DNA from: Heterodontus francisci
Taxonomy: Eukaryota
Reading direction: 5' to 3'
Length of the DNA stretch: 64,000 bases
Assembly: GCF_036365525.1 (NCBI RefSeq)
Contig: NC_090404.1
Location: 12,056,550 to 12,120,549 of the forward strand
The notes under the pieces were generated by a model. It was not told the DNA's origin. It made no database searches and saw nothing but the letters and a program-made list of their open reading frames with translations. Of this stretch, positions 23,135-36,846 are shown one piece after another (position 1 is the stretch's first letter; each line of letters opens with the position of its first letter). The position numbers were made by a program, and so were the translations under genes.

Positions 23135-24348
23135 TTGCTTATCAATAACCTGCTCAGTGAAGCTCAGTTTGGGTTCCGCCAGGGTCACTCAGCTCCTGAC
23201 CTCATGACGGCCTTGGTTCAAACATGGACAAAGGAGCTGAACTCAACAGGTGGGGTGAGAGTGAATGCCTGTGACATCAAGGCAGCATTTGACCGAGTGC
23301 GGCATCAAGGAGCCCCAGCAAAACTGGAGTCAATGGGAATCAGGGGAAAGCGCTCCACTGGTTGGAGTCATACCTAGCACAAAGAAATATGGTTGTTGTT
23401 GTTGGAGGTCAATCATCTCAGCTTTTGGATCTCACTGCAGGAGTTCCTCAGGGTAGTGTCCGAGGCCAGAACCATCTTCAGCTGCTTCATCAATGACCGT
23501 CCTTCAATTATAAGGTCAGAAGTGGGGATGTTCGTTGATGATTTTACGATGTTCAGCACCATTCGCGACTCCTCTGATACTGAAGCAGTCTGTGTAGAAA
23601 TGTAGCAAGACCTGGACAATATCCAGGCTTGGGCTGACAAGTGGCAAGTAATATTCGCGTCACACAAATGCCAGGAAATGACCATCTCCAACAAGAGTCA
23701 ATCTAACCATTCCCCCTTGACACTTGATGGCATTACGATCGCTGAATCCCCTACTAACAACATCCTAGGGGTTATCATTGACCAGTAACTGAACTGGAGT
23801 AGCCATATAAATACCATGGCTACAAGAACAGGTCAGAGACTAGGAATCCTGCGGTGAATAACTCACCTCCTGAGTCCCCAAAGCCCGTCCACCAAGGCAC
23901 AAGTCAGGAGTATGATGGACTACTCTCCACCTGCCTGGATGGGTGCAGCTCCAACAACACTCAAGAAGCTGGACAGCATCCAAGACAAAGCAGCCGGCTT
24001 AATTGACACCACATCCACAAACATTCACTCCCTCCACCACCAACGCACAGTGGCAGCAGTGTGTACCATCTACAAGATGCACTGCAGCAATGCACCAAGG
24101 CTCCGTAGACATCACCTTCCAAACACGCGACCTTCACCACCTAGAAGGACAAGGGCAACAGATGCATGGGAACAGCACCACCTGCAAGTTTCCGTCCAAG
24201 CCACTCACTAACCTGACTTGGAACTATATCACCCTTTCTTCACTATCGTTGGGTCGAAATCCAGGAGCTCCCTCCCGAACAACACTGTGGGTGTACCTAC
24301 CCCACATAGACTGCAGAGGTTCAAGAAGGCGGCACACCACCACCTCCT
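23135..24348 (+). mobile_element. Non-LTR retrotransposon 3' part (CR1/L2 superclade); related 3' fragments at about 24570-25007(-), 28330-28765(-) and 55725-55815(+)
   Basis: AQFGFRQGHSAPDL...DIKAAFDRV, PQGS and FVDD RT motifs; shared 3' end TTCAAGAAGGCAGCTCACCACCACC. Confidence 0.85.
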
Positions 24349-24445
24349 CTGATGAAAGGTCACAGACCTGAAACGTTTACTCTACTTCCCTCTCCACAGA
24401 TGTTCCATGACCTGCTGAGTATTTCTCGCACTTTCTGTTTTTATT
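24349..24445 (+). mobile_element. Penelope pLTR fragment with hammerhead core
   Basis: CTGATGA-AAGGTCACAGACCT-GAAACG followed by TCTCCACAGATG...GACCTGCTGAG, as in the 4194-4274 pLTR. Confidence 0.7.
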
Positions 24446-25689
24446 TAACCTTTCCCAATGTTTCCCATTTGGCACCGCTCTTAAAATGTGCAGAGAGGCA
24501 CCGGGTGGATCTATGGAAGAAGGAGTCACTCAGCTGCGCAGCTCCATTGATCAGATCTTCAACCATTGTTTTATTCATTCATGGGATGTGGGCGTCACTG
24601 GCTAGGCCAGCATTTATTGCCCATCCCCAATTGCCCTTGAGAAGGTGGTGGTGAGCTGCCTTTTTGAACCGCTGTAGTCCATTTGGGGTAGGTATACCCA
24701 CAGTGCTGTTAGGAAGGGGGTTCCAGGATTTTGACCCAGTGACAGTGAAGGAACGGCGATTTCGTTCCAAGTCAGGACGGTGTGTGACTTGGAGCGGAAC
24801 TTGCAGGTGATGGTGTTCCCATGTATTTGCTGCCCTTGTCCTTCTAGTTGGTAGAGGTCGCGGGTTTGGAAGGTGCTGTCTAAGGAGCCTTGGTGCATTG
24901 CTGCAGTGCATCTTGTAGATGGTATTCACTGCTGCCACTCTGCATCGGTGGTGGAGGGAGTGAATGTTTGCAGATGGGGTGCCAATCAAGCGGGCTGCTT
25001 TGCCCTGAGAACAGACAGGCACTGACCTGATGCGCCTAAGAGTGCCTCATTCATCCAACTGAACGGGCTGTTGCTCAGATCTTCATTCACTGAGACCAGA
25101 TCAGGATATGGCTGATCCACTGAGGGGAGCCTCACGAACCTCCATCAGCAAAAATCTCAGATCGCTAACCTTTGAGACCAGGCAGACACTGAACGGATCC
25201 CTCGTAAGGCTCCTCACTCAGCTGTAAAGGTACATTGCTCAGATAGTTAACCGTGATGTATAGAGAGGCACTGAGATGATGCACCATAGGGAGCCACAGT
25301 CATCTGCACAGTTACATTGTTAAGATTTTTAACCATTGAATACAGACAGTATCTGGGTTCATGCACAGAGGAGGCCTCATTCACCTGCACAAGTCCTTTG
25401 CTCAGATTTTAAACTTTGAATACTTACAAATGAAGGACCAATCCCCTGTGGGAGCCTCACTCACTTACACTGGGCCGTTTCTCAGACCTTCCTTTCATCG
25501 TAATACTTCATAATTTTAACCCGCTGTTTATTTTTCTGCTCCCTGGCTAGATTTTTTTAACCTCTGCTTATCTCTGTCATTCTGTTTTTTCCTTTTGCCT
25601 CTTTCTTCATACTATCATTCTGTTTTTTTCCTTTTGCCCCTTTCTTCTCATCTCCCCAATTCCCTTCACAAAGACCAGATACACAAGAG

Positions 25690-26277
25690 CACAAGAGATA
25701 GGAATGGAGGTTGACCATATAGCCCATCGGGACAGCTTCGCCATTCAATACGATCATGGCTGGTCTTCGGCTTCATGTTCATTTTTCTGGCAGCTCCCCA
25801 TATCCCTTGATTCCCTGCGAGCCCAAAATTCTATCTATCTCAGCCTTAAATGTATTCAATGATGGAGCATCCACAATCCTCTGGGGGAGAGAATTCCAAA
25901 GATTCACAAACCTTTGAGTGAAATAATTTCTCCTCATCTCAGTCCTGAATGATTGGCCCCTTATCCTTCGACTGTGTCCCTGTGTTCTAGATTCCCTGAC
26001 CAGCGGGAACAATCTCTCAGCTTCTACCCTATCAAGCCCTTTCAAAATCTTGTATGTCGCAATTAGATCGCCTGTCATTCTTCTAAACTCCAGAGAATAT
26101 AGACCCAATTTACTCAGTCTCTCATCATAGGACAACGCCTTCATTCCAGGGTCCAATTTAGTAAATCTTCGCTGCACTGTCTCCATTGCAATATGTCACT
26201 TCTTAAATGTGGAGACCAAAACTGCACAGAATATTCCCGGTGCGGTCTCACCAAAGCTCTGTACAATTTTAGTAAGC
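25690..26277 (-). mobile_element. CR1 LINE 3' fragment
   Basis: VQRRFTKLDPGMKALSYDERLSKLGLYSLEFRR...FTQRFVNLWNSLP. Confidence 0.9.
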
Positions 26278-26704
26278 CCTTTTCGTTGTGCAGCTTTTCC
26301 AGGAGCACAGGCATTGCGAGCGAGGAGTGAACAGCTGGGAAGTCAATTTCATCGGGAGTTTCGGTGGAGCAGGGACCACTGGGTAAGTAGAAACCTATAT
26401 ATTTGGGCTGTGTAAATTCTCTTACCTTTTCGTTGTGCAGCTTTTCCAGGAGCACAGGCATGGCGAGCGAGGAGTGAACAGCTGGGAGTCAATTTCATCG
26501 GGAGTTTCGGTGGAGCAGGGACTGCTGGGTAAGTAGAAACCTATATATTTGGGCTGTGTCAATTCTCTTACCTTTTCGTTGTGCAGCTTTTCCAGGAGCA
26601 CAGGCATTGCGAGCGAGGAGTGAACAGCTGGGAAGTCAATTTCAATGGGGAGTTTCGGTGGAGCAGGGACTGCTGGGTAAGTAGAAACCTATATATTTGG
26701 GCTG
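26278..26704 (+). repeat. Three near-identical ~146-147-bp tandem units
   Basis: Units start at 26278, 26425 and 26571 (CCTTTTCGTTGTGCAGCTTTTCCAGGAGCACAGGCA...GGGTAAGTAGAAACCTATATATTTGGGCTG). Confidence 0.95.
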
Positions 26705-26719
26705 CTTCTGAACCCGAGA

Positions 26720-27500
26720 CATGCAGAAGAGGAAATTTAAGGCAGAGAAATGTGAAAAACGTGGAGAGGCAATGTAAAATAAAGGGTGCAATTCTAAAAG
26801 GGGTGCAGGAGCAGAGGAACCTGTGTGCATATGTGAATAATTCTTTGAAGGTGGCAAGACAGGTTGAGATAGCGGTTAATGGAGCATACAGCATACTTGG
26901 CTTCAATAATATGTGCATAGAGTGCAAAAGCCATCAATGCATGTTGAAAATTATATCGAACACTGGTTTGGCTTCAACTGGAATATTGCGTCCAGTTCTG
27001 GGCGCCAGAATTTAGGAAAGATGTGCAGGCATTGGAGAGCATGCAGAAAAGTTTCACGAGAATGGTTCCAGAGATAAAGAACTTCGGTTAGGTGGAAAAA
27101 AGTGGAGAATTTGGGACAGTTTTCTTTGGAGAAGAGACGGTTGAAAGGAGATCTGATAGAGGTTTTTAAACAGATGTGGAGTCTGGACAGAGTAGATAAG
27201 GAAAAACTGTTCCCATTGATCGAGAACAAGAGGGCACACATTTAAGGACATTATCAACAGAAGCAATGGTGACATGGTGACAGCGGCAGGTTAGGATCTG
27301 GAATGCACTGCGTGAGAGTGCGATGAAGTGATATTCAATCGAGGCATTCAAAAGGGAATTGGATTATTATCTGAAAAGGAAGAATGTGTCGGCCTCCGGG
27401 AAGATGGCGGTGCAGTGGCACTAGGTAAATTGCCCTTTCGGAGAGCTGGCGCAGACACGACGTGCCGAATGGCCTCCTGCTCTGATTCTGTGACAAAATG
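26720..27500 (+). mobile_element. Degenerate CR1 LINE 3' fragment
   Basis: LKGVQEQRNL...SLKVARQVE...AYSILGF and a CR1-type 3' UTR. Confidence 0.8.
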
Positions 27501-27810
27501 AATGAAGAAATTGTAGAAATGATTCGATTTGTTTTGATCTACAGACCATTGAGTTTGACAGAGACAGGCTGGAGAATCTGCTCCACTCAAGATAGGTGAA
27601 CTCACCAATTCAATCCGAGTGGCTTCAAGGAGCACAACAAGATTTGAAACCACGGAGTTTCTGATAGACTAGTCCCAGAGCTGCCAGTAGATGAAGGTAT
27701 CGCCAAGAACCTTCTCTCAGCAGTTAATGGGCGACTCTGCAAGTGACTGTTTTAATACCAGCAGAGATCAACTTTTCCAGGCAGATGCTGCAGGGTGATT
27801 ACTGCGGATT

Positions 27811-27826
27811 TGCCGCCATCTGGTGG
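27811..27826 (-). promoter_or_regulatory. Strong CTCF-core-like motif
   Basis: Minus strand CCACCAGATGGCGGCA matches the CCASYAGRKGGCRS consensus, in apparently unique sequence. Confidence 0.5.
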
Positions 27827-28899
27827 AATAAATCAGAATTTCTCCCCAGCAATCTTTCCTTCAATAGGAGAACTTTTGTTTCGGAATTCATTTCGTGAGG
27901 CATTCATAAGGACACTACACCAAAACGGTTGTGATAATTAAATAATAAGTGCAGGACAAAGTACAGTTACAAAGTCAGATTGCTAAGAATCTTACCTACT
28001 AGGGCAATAGATACGCCAGAAATGGCATTGCACGTTCCCTTTGGGAGCAGAGCCGATCTCTTGCTCTGCACTGGGCCAAACTCGTATCTTTCACGTTTTT
28101 TTTTTACTTTTATGTGTCATATATTTTATAGTGTTAGTCACATCTTGCTAACGTGATCACATTTCAATGTATTAATTTCGTTACAAATTAATACTCAACA
28201 CGTTAATTAAATTATACGAATTTCTTCAGTGTATCTGCATTTTTATTTTACTCTCTGCATTGTCTCAGTTATTCCTGCACAAGGCTCAGTCTGAAGTTTA
28301 TATTACACGCAGAACTATCTCAGTCAAGATTCATTCAGGAGATGTGGGCGTCGCTGACCAGGCCAGCATTCATTGCCCATCCCTAATTGCCCTTGAGAAG
28401 GTGGTGTTGAGCTGCCTTCTTGAACCACTGCAGTTGTTGGTGTTCGGGTACACCAACAGTCCTGTTAGGAAGGAAGTTACAGAACTTTGATCCAGTGACA
28501 GTAAAGGAATGGAGATATAGTTCCAAGTCAGGATGGTGTGTGGCTTGGAGGAGAACTTGCAGTTGATAGCTTTCCAAGCATCTGCTTCCTTATTCTTCTA
28601 GGTGGTAGAGGTCACGGGTTTGGTAGGTGCTGGCGAAAAAACCTGGGTGAGTTGCTGAAGTGCATCTTGTAAATGGTATACACTGCTTCCACTGTCCGTC
28701 GGTGGTGAGGGAGTGAATGTTAAAGGTGGATGCCAATCAAGTGGGTGGCTTTGTCTTGGATGGTGCGTCCTATTATATCTCTTTTTATATTACACTCGAT
28801 ACTATCTTATTAATTGTCGCACTAAAATCTATTCAATAGATAGATAGATAGATTGAAAGAAAGACAGAAAGGAAGGAAGCAAGGAAGGAAGGAAGGAAA

Positions 28900-31560
28900 A
28901 CAGGAAATGTCACATCTCTATTCAAGAAAGGGGGCGACAGACAGCAAGAAACTATAGGCCAGGTAGCCTAACCTTTGTTATTGGTAAATGCTGGAATCTA
29001 TTATTAAAGAAATTAAGGAAATCATTTGGCAGACGGTAAGGATGATACCAATCAACTTCAACAGGACATAGATAGGCTATCAGAACGGGCAGACAAGTGT
29101 CAGATGGAAGTTAATACAGAGAAGTGTGAGGTGATGCATATGGGAAAAATGGATATGAAGAGGAAATAGAGACTAAATAGTACAGTTCTAAAGGGTTTAC
29201 AGGGGCAGAGGGACCTGAGGGTTCCTGTGCATAGATCTTTAAAGGTGGCAGGACATATTGAGAGAATAGTTAGCAAAGCATATGGGATCTTGGACTTCAG
29301 AAATAGAGGTATTGAGAACTAAAGTAGGGAAGTTATGCCGAGCCTTTACAAAACTCTGGTTAGTAGACAACGAAAGTATTACATCTGATCACCACATTTT
29401 TGGAAGGATGAGAGTGTCCTTGAGAGGGCGCAGAGAAGATTTACCAGAATGGTTCCAGAGATGAGGGATTTTAGTTACTAGGTTATGTTGGGAAAGCTGC
29501 GGTTGTTCTCCTTGGAACAAAAATATTGAGGGGCGATTTGGTAAAAGTGTGATTATGTGTGTGAGAGAAGTGATTACGAAAGATTTGGGTAGGCAAGTCA
29601 AATAACAGCTATTCTCATTATCTGATGGTACAAGGACTAGGGGACACAGATTTAAGCTTTTGGGCAAGAGATGCAGGGGGTACATGAAGAAGAACGTTTT
29701 TACACATTGAGTGGTAATAACCTGGATCTTGCTGCCTACAAGGGTGGTGGAATCAGAAACGATGAAATGTTTCAAAAAGAAATTGAATGCACACTTGAGG
29801 GAAATAAACTTGCAGGGCTAAGGGGATGGAACCACTGAATGGAACTGTTTAGATTGTTCTACCGATAGCCAGTATGGACTTGGAGGGCTGAATGGCCCAC
29901 TTCTGTGCCGTTATGATTCTATGACTCTGTAATGCAATCAGGTGGCACAGTGGCGCTGTGGTTAGCACCGCAGCCTCACAGCTCTAGCGACCCGGGTTGA
30001 ATTCTGGGTACTGCCTGTGTGGAGTTTGCAAGTTCTCCCTGTGTCTGCGTGGGTTTTCTCCGGGTGCTCCGGTTTCCTCCCACAAGCCAAAAGACTTGCA
30101 GGTTGGTAGGTAAATTGGCCATTATAAATTGCTACTAGTAGAGGTAGGTGGGAGGGAAATATAGGGACAGGTGGGGATGTGGTAGGAATATGGGATAAGT
30201 GTAGGATTAGTATAAATGGGTGGTTGATGGTCGGCACAGACTCGGTGGGCCGAAGGGCCTGTTTCAGTGCTGTATCTCTAAACTAAACTAAACTAAAGTT
30301 GTGTTTGGCAATTTTGTTAGAGTTCTTTGAGGACGTAACAAGCAGGGTGGAAAATAGGCAACCAATGGATGTAATGTATTTGGATTTACAAAAGGCATTC
30401 AATAAGGTGCCACATAAAAGGTTACTACACAAGATAAGAGCTCATGGTGCTGAGGGCAATATATTAGCATACATAGAGGATTGGCTAATTAAGAGGAAAT
30501 AGAGAGTCGGGTTAAATCGGGCATTTTCAGGTTGGAAAACAGTAAGCAGTGTCGTGCCACAGGGATCAGTGCTGGCTCCTCAACTATTTACAATCTATAT
30601 TAATGACTTGCATGAAGGGACTGAGTGTATCATAGCCAAATTTGTGGACAATACGAAGATAGGTAGGAAAGCAAGTTGCAAGGAGGATGCAAACTGCGTG
30701 CAAGGAGATATAGATAGGTTAAGTTAGTGGAAAAAATGGGCAGATGGAGTATAATGTGGGAAAATGTGTGGTTGTCCACTTCGATAGGAAGGCTAGAAAA
30801 GCAGAATATTATTTACATGGAGAGAGACTGCAGAATACTGTGGTACAGAGGGATTTGGGTGTCCTCGCAAATTAATCACAAAATGTTAGCGTTCAGGTAC
30901 AGCAAGTAATGAGGAAGGCCAATGGAATGTTGGTGTTTATTGAAAAGGGGATGAAGTATAAAAGTAAGAAAGTATTGTTACAACTTTACAGGGGATTGGT
31001 GAGAGCTCACTTAGAATACTGCATACAGTTTTGGTCTCCTTACTTAAGGAGGGATGTAATTGCATTGGAAGCAGTTCAGAGAATTTTCACGAAGCTGATT
31101 TCTGGGGTTGTCTTATGAGAAATGGTTGAGCATGTTGGGCCTATACTCATTGGAGTTCACAAGACTGAGAAATGATGTTATTGAAAGACATAAGATTCTG
31201 AGGGGGTTTGACAGGGCACATACTGAAAGGATGTCTCCACTCATGAAGGAATCTAGAACTAAGGGGCACAGTTTCAAAATAAGGGGTCTCCCATTTAAGA
31301 CGGAGGTGAAGAAGAATTTCTTCTCTCAGCGGGTCGTCAGTATTTGGAACACTCTTCCCCAGAGAACAGTGGATGCTGGGTCATTGAAGATATTCAAAGC
31401 TGCTTTAGACAAATTTTTGATGTGCAAGAGAGTCAAGGGCTATGGCCAGCAGGAGTAAAGTGGAGTTCAGGCCACAATCAGACCAGCCATAAGCGTATTG
31501 AATGGTGGAGCTAACTCGAGGGACCAAATAACCTACTCCTGCCCCGATTTCTTCTGTTCT
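28900..31560 (+). mobile_element. Degenerate CR1 LINE fragments, interrupted by a SINE
   Basis: LEFFEDVTSRV...YLDLQKAFNKVPHKRLL, LVRAHLEYCIQFWSPYL, FFSQRVVSIWNTLP. Confidence 0.85.
29941..30297 (+). mobile_element. tRNA-derived V-SINE (HE1-like)
   Basis: A-box/B-box head (GTGGTTAGCAC...GGGTTGAATT), V-domain TGTGTGGAGTTTGCAAGTTCTCCCTGTGTCTGCGTGGGTT...CCGGGTGCTCCGGTTTCCTCCCACA, CR1-like tail and (CTAAA)n. Confidence 0.9.
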
Positions 31561-31780
31561 TCTAGATAGACAGATCGACAGACAGACAAACAAATGGATA
31601 GACAAATAGCTAAATAGATAGACAGTGTCAGTCGTATATTTAAATATAAATAAAATATACCTTTGTGTGTTGAAAGAATACATTTCATCTTGTGAATAAC
31701 TATCAGCACCTGTGTGCAATTTCTAATTGCTCTGGCATTACGTGGGGAATCTTTGCGTCAAAAGGATGAGTGAACCTTGA

Positions 31781-32091
31781 AACAATCTCACAGAGATGAA
31801 CTGGGATTAAGGCACAGGACTAAAGGTGAGCAATATTGTACTGCACGTTACACTACTTAGTGACAAAACTTTGTTGTGTTAAGGTTTACTAATTCATATT
31901 TGTGTTGTACTATGTCCATTGCTGACAGTTTTTTTTAATGTGAAGGATTTTTTTATTCTGCAGGATTTTCTATTGAACTTTTGCCTCACCCACTGCTTGT
32001 GTTGGTCAGAGTCTGGAACCATGTCCTCACAGCACCAGCAGATGGGCTGCCGTAGGGTCCTAATGTCCACCCGATTATCTCTCTCTCAACT
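31781..32091 (+). repeat. ~310-bp module duplicated at 42782-43091
   Basis: Colinear blocks AACAATCTCA.AGAGATGA, CACTACTTAGTGACAAA, GTTTACTAATTCAT, CTGCAGGATTTTCTATT and ATGGGCTGCCGTAGGGTCCTAA. Confidence 0.85.
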
Positions 32092-32128
32092 GGTTAAGAG
32101 GTGCAACTGAAACCAGCTCATGTAATAT

Positions 32129-32432
32129 GGGCGGCACAGTGGCGCAGTGGTTAGCCACTGGGGTTCAGTTCTGGGTACTACATGATCGGAGTTTGCGAGT
32201 TCTCCCTGTGTCTGCGTGGGTTTCCACCGGGTGCTCCCACATCCAAAGATAGGTTGATAGGTAAATTGACCTTTGTAAATTGCCCCAAGTAGGTGGAAGG
32301 GGAATGGTGGGGATGTGGTAGACAATATGGGGTTAATGCAGAATTAGTGTAAATGGGTGGCTGTTGGTCGGCACAGACTCGGTGGGCCGAAGGGCCTGTT
32401 TCAGTGCTGCACCTCTAAATAAATAAAATAAA
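32129..32432 (+). mobile_element. V-SINE (HE1-like), internally deleted
   Basis: GGGCGGCACAGTGGCGCAGTGGTTAGC head, V-domain, same tail as 29941-30297. Confidence 0.85.
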
Positions 32433-32619
32433 ATATGCTTTCTGTGTTAGTGGGATTGTGTCTGTGCTCTCTGGTTGCTTGTATGTGTGAGCTGCATGGC
32501 TGTGTGTGGGTACACATAATTCTTAATGCTTGCAATACATTGCACCAAGAGAAGTAATTATGTCCACCTTCTGTTTTTCAGCATTTTATTCAACTTCGAT
32601 TCACACAACATGTGATAAC

Positions 32620-34442
32620 ATTGCCAATCGTTTTATAGAAGACAAATGTAGGTCCCTTACGGTCAGAAACGGGGCAATCTATAATGGGGAACAAAGAAAT
32701 GGCAGAACAATGAAACACATACTTTGGTTCAGTCTTCACAAAGGAGGACACAAATAACCTCCCAGAAATGTTAGGGAACCAAGAGTCCAACGAGAGGGAG
32801 GAACTGAAGGAAATCAATATTAGCAAAAAAATAGTGCGAGGGAAATTAATGGGATTAAAGGCTGACAAATCCCCAGGCCCTGATAATCTACATCCCAGAG
32901 TACTAAAGGAAGTGGCCCTGGAAATAGTGGATGCAGTGATGGTCATCTTCCAAAATTTTATTGACTCTGGAACAGTTCTTACAGATTGGAGGGTGGAAAG
33001 TGTAACCCCACTATTTAAAAAAGCAGGGAGAAAAAAGCCTTACATCAGTAGTGGGGGAAATGTAAGAGTCCATTCTGAAAGATCTGATAGCAGAACACCT
33101 GGAAAGCATAAACGGGATTGGACAAAGTCAGCATGGGTTTAGGAAAGGGAAATCATGCTTAACAAATGTTCTGGAGGTTTTTTTGAGGATGTAACTAGCA
33201 GAATAGATAAGGGAGAACAAGTGGATGTGGTGTATTTGGATTTTCAGAAGGCTTTTGATAAGGTCCCACTTAAAAGGTTAGTGTGCAAACTTAAAGCATA
33301 TGGGATTGGGGGTGATATACTGGCATGGATTGAGAATTGGCTGACAGATAGCAAACAGAGATTGGGAATAAATGGTCTCTTTCTGGGTGGCAGGCAGTGA
33401 CTAGTGTGGTACCGCAGGGGTCAGTGCTTGGACCCAGGCTATTCACAATATATATTAACGATTTGGGTGAGGCGACTGAATGTAACATTTCCAAGTTTGC
33501 AGGCGACACAAAGCTGGGGTATAGGGGGTGGTGGGAAATGTGAGCTGTGAGGAGGATGCAAAGAGGCTTCAGTGTGATTTGGACAAGTTAGGTGAGTGGG
33601 CAAATGCATGGTAGATGCAGTATAACGTGGATCAATGTGAGGTTATCCACTTTGGTTGTAAAAAGAGAAAGGCATATTATTATCTGAGTGGTGATAGATT
33701 GGGAAAGGGGGAGGTTCAACGAGACCTGGATGCCTTTGTACACCAGTCGCTGAAAACAAGCATTCACGTGCAGCAAGCACTTAGGTGGGCGAATGATATG
33801 TTGGCCTTCATTGCAAGAGGATTTGAGTACAGGAGCAAGGACGTCATATTGCAGTTATATAGGACATTGGTGAGACCACATTTGGAGTATTGTGTTCAGT
33901 CTTGGTCTCCTGATTTGAGGAAGGATGTTCTTGCCACGGAGGGAGTGCAAAGAAGATTTACTCAGCTGATTCCTGGGATGGCAGGATAGGCGTATGGAGA
34001 GAGACTGGGCCGACTAGGTCTATATTCACTGGAATTTAGAAGAATGAGAGGGATCTCATAGACACCTATAACATTCTAACAGAACTGGGCAGGCTAGATG
34101 CAGGAAGGATGCTCCCGATGGCTTGGGAGTCCCAAACCAGGAGTCACAGTCTCAGGATATGGGATATGCCATTTAGAACCGAGACGTGGAGAAATGTCTT
34201 CACTCAGAGGGTTGTGAACCTGTGGAGTTCTCTACTGCAGAAGGCAGTGGAGGCCAAGTCATTAAATATATTCAAGAAAGGGACAGATATATTTCTGAAT
34301 GCCAATGGGATCAAGGGATATGGGGAGAAAGAAGGAACAGGGTACTGAATTGGAAGATCAGCCATGATCTTTTTTGAATGGTGGAGCAGGCCCGAATGGT
34401 AGAATGGCCTACTCCTGCCCCTATTTTTTTATGTTTCTATGT
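32620..34442 (+). mobile_element. Degenerate CR1 LINE
   Basis: KSPGPDNLHPRVLKEVALEIVDA, VYLDFQKAFDKVP, LVRPHLEYCVQSWSP. Confidence 0.9.
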
Positions 34443-36846
34443 TTAATAACAATGACAAATATTCGCAACCCATTCTGTTGCAAGTTCTTGTTTCGAAAGC
34501 AATCTCACATTGAACATTCTGTTACCAAGGCGAGCACGTCTGTCACCGAACTCATTGAACCTCTCTCCTCTCTCTCAGACTGAGCTCACTGAACCTTTCT
34601 CCTCTCCCTCTTTTTCTCTGTCTCTCTCACTCAGACAGACCCTGACTCCCTTAAAATCTCCTGTTTTCGAATAATCCTCTGTGAGGAAAATTCATGTTGT
34701 TTGTTTCCCCTCATTTCTCCCAGTGATCATCCTCAATCCATGTTCTTCAGTGAATGCTTGAACACCCAAATGAACTCATGTCTTTTACTCTTGAAATGAG
34801 AATGGAGGTGAATGCAATGTTGAGTCAGAAGCAATCAGTGTGCTGGTTCTTGGTGCTGTCAGAGTGAATCCACCCTCACAGGCAGGATGACTGTTCATGG
34901 TGATAACATGAAACAGACAGCTGCTGTTTCATTCTCAGGTAGCACAACTTCCTATTTCTCTGCTGCCGCTTCAAAACCGCACATCTCACTTCTGAGCAGA
35001 AAATAAATCCAGGGGCCACAATCTGATGGAAACATCTGCTAAGGCGGCCTATATCTGGCCACAGAGTCGGTGCAGAGTCACACAGGTCACATTGTGGAAA
35101 CATTTACAAATGAACCTGTTGTTTCTGTTTCGAGTCTCTATTCCCGGACATAACTGGCAATGTCTGGATCAGTCACCGATCTCCCTCTGCTCTCTGGAGC
35201 CGGGAGCTGGTCGTTTGCTCCCTTTCATTTTATATAATTCTCTCTGTGTGTTCCTTGTTCGCCCATAACTCCGCTTTTATCTCTCACCACCTTCTGTTTC
35301 TGCCTTTTTATAGTCCCTCTCAGTTTTTCTCTCACTCTTTCTTTCTCTAGTTTTCTCGCATCTTTTTCCATCTGCGTGTTCCTATTTAATAGAGATGTTC
35401 AAAATAATAAGGAATTTTTGATAGATTATGTGAGGAGAAACAGGAGTTGCCCTCCATAGAGCAGAGAAGGTTCAAGGGAGATTTCATGGAAGTGTGCAAA
35501 ATCAGAAAAGATTTTTCATAGATATGGAGAAACTGTTTCCAATAGCAGGAGGGTTTGTAAGCAGAGGGCACAGAGATTTAAGATATTTGGAAACAGAACC
35601 AGAGGGAGAGATGAGGAGAATTTTGTTTTTAAACAGTGATTTATTGTGATCAGGAATGCACACCCTGAAAAGGGTGCTGGAAGCAAATTGAATAGTAACT
35701 TTCAATGGGAACTGGATAAATATCTGAAGGGGAGCAAATTGGCTGCGTTATGGGGAATAGGACTAATTGGACAGATCACTCGTTTTTACTCTGAATTTTC
35801 CTCTGGTGAGGTTTTGAGGTTTGATCTTTTCAGTCATTATGTGCCTTTAACAGAAGATTTAAAACATTAGTTTCTGCAAACTGTCAGATCCAGCCCCGAT
35901 GTTTCTGTGTAGCACGGGGACTGAAATAAAGAAAAAGAAAGACTTGAATTTCTATAGCGCTTTTCACAACCACCGGACATCTCAAAATGCTTTATAGCCA
36001 ATGAAGTACTTTTGAAGTGCGGTCACTATTGTAATGTAGAAGCACAGCAGCCAATTTGCAAACAACAAACTCCCACAAACAAAATTTAATCCTGCAATTT
36101 CGTGTCAGCCTTGATTTTCGTGCTCACGCCCTGGAGTGGGTCTTGAACTGTGACTCAGAGGTCAGAGTGTTACCAACTAAGGCACAGCTGACAGCTGCAG
36201 AATGATGAGAAGGAACAGATTCTTTTCAGTGCCTCTGAGAAATGCACCATTGACACCTCAGATATCAGAAATCTCTGGAGTCCGCCACGTCTTCATGGTC
36301 ACCCCCTTTTGTGCATCAGCTCTTAGTCGGGTGGAATCAGTCACATGCCTTTGTCATGATGTTCCCACACCGACATTATCACACAAATGCCTGTGTCACT
36401 CACCATGACACAGAAGCCTGCACTGGGCCCAAAACATCATTATTTCCCTGCTCATTGTCTTCCTGTTGCAATCAGGCATTTGTTAGGCCCCCTGCCTTCC
36501 TCAATGTAAGAATACTTGCACTAAAAGCAGCTTGTGTTATTGATACACTGGAGCCCGCCTCTGTGATTATTATTATACCAGGTCCCAGTATATATTCAAG
36601 AAGGGGATAGATATATTTCTGAATGCCAAATGGATCTAGGGATATGGGGAGAAAGTGGGAACAGGGTACTGAATTAGACGATCAGCCATGATCTTTTTTG
36701 AATTTTGGAGCAGGCCAGAAGGGCCGAATGGCCTACTCCTGTTTCTATTTTTGTATTTTTCTAAGACAGCAATTAACAAGATTAAACATATTCTTCCATA
36801 GAGAAAATGATTACACCCTCCCACACTCACAAATATATGGCGTGGA

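Noticed and set aside
26278-26704. Possible CRISPR-like array
   Set aside because: Eukaryotic DNA; the units are contiguous with no unique spacers, and there are no cas genes
31789-31830. J segment call for the W-D-stop-G-T-G-L-K-V motif (and its copy near 42800)
   Set aside because: In-frame stop in both copies and no nonamer at 12 or 23 spacing; kept only as part of an unexplained module
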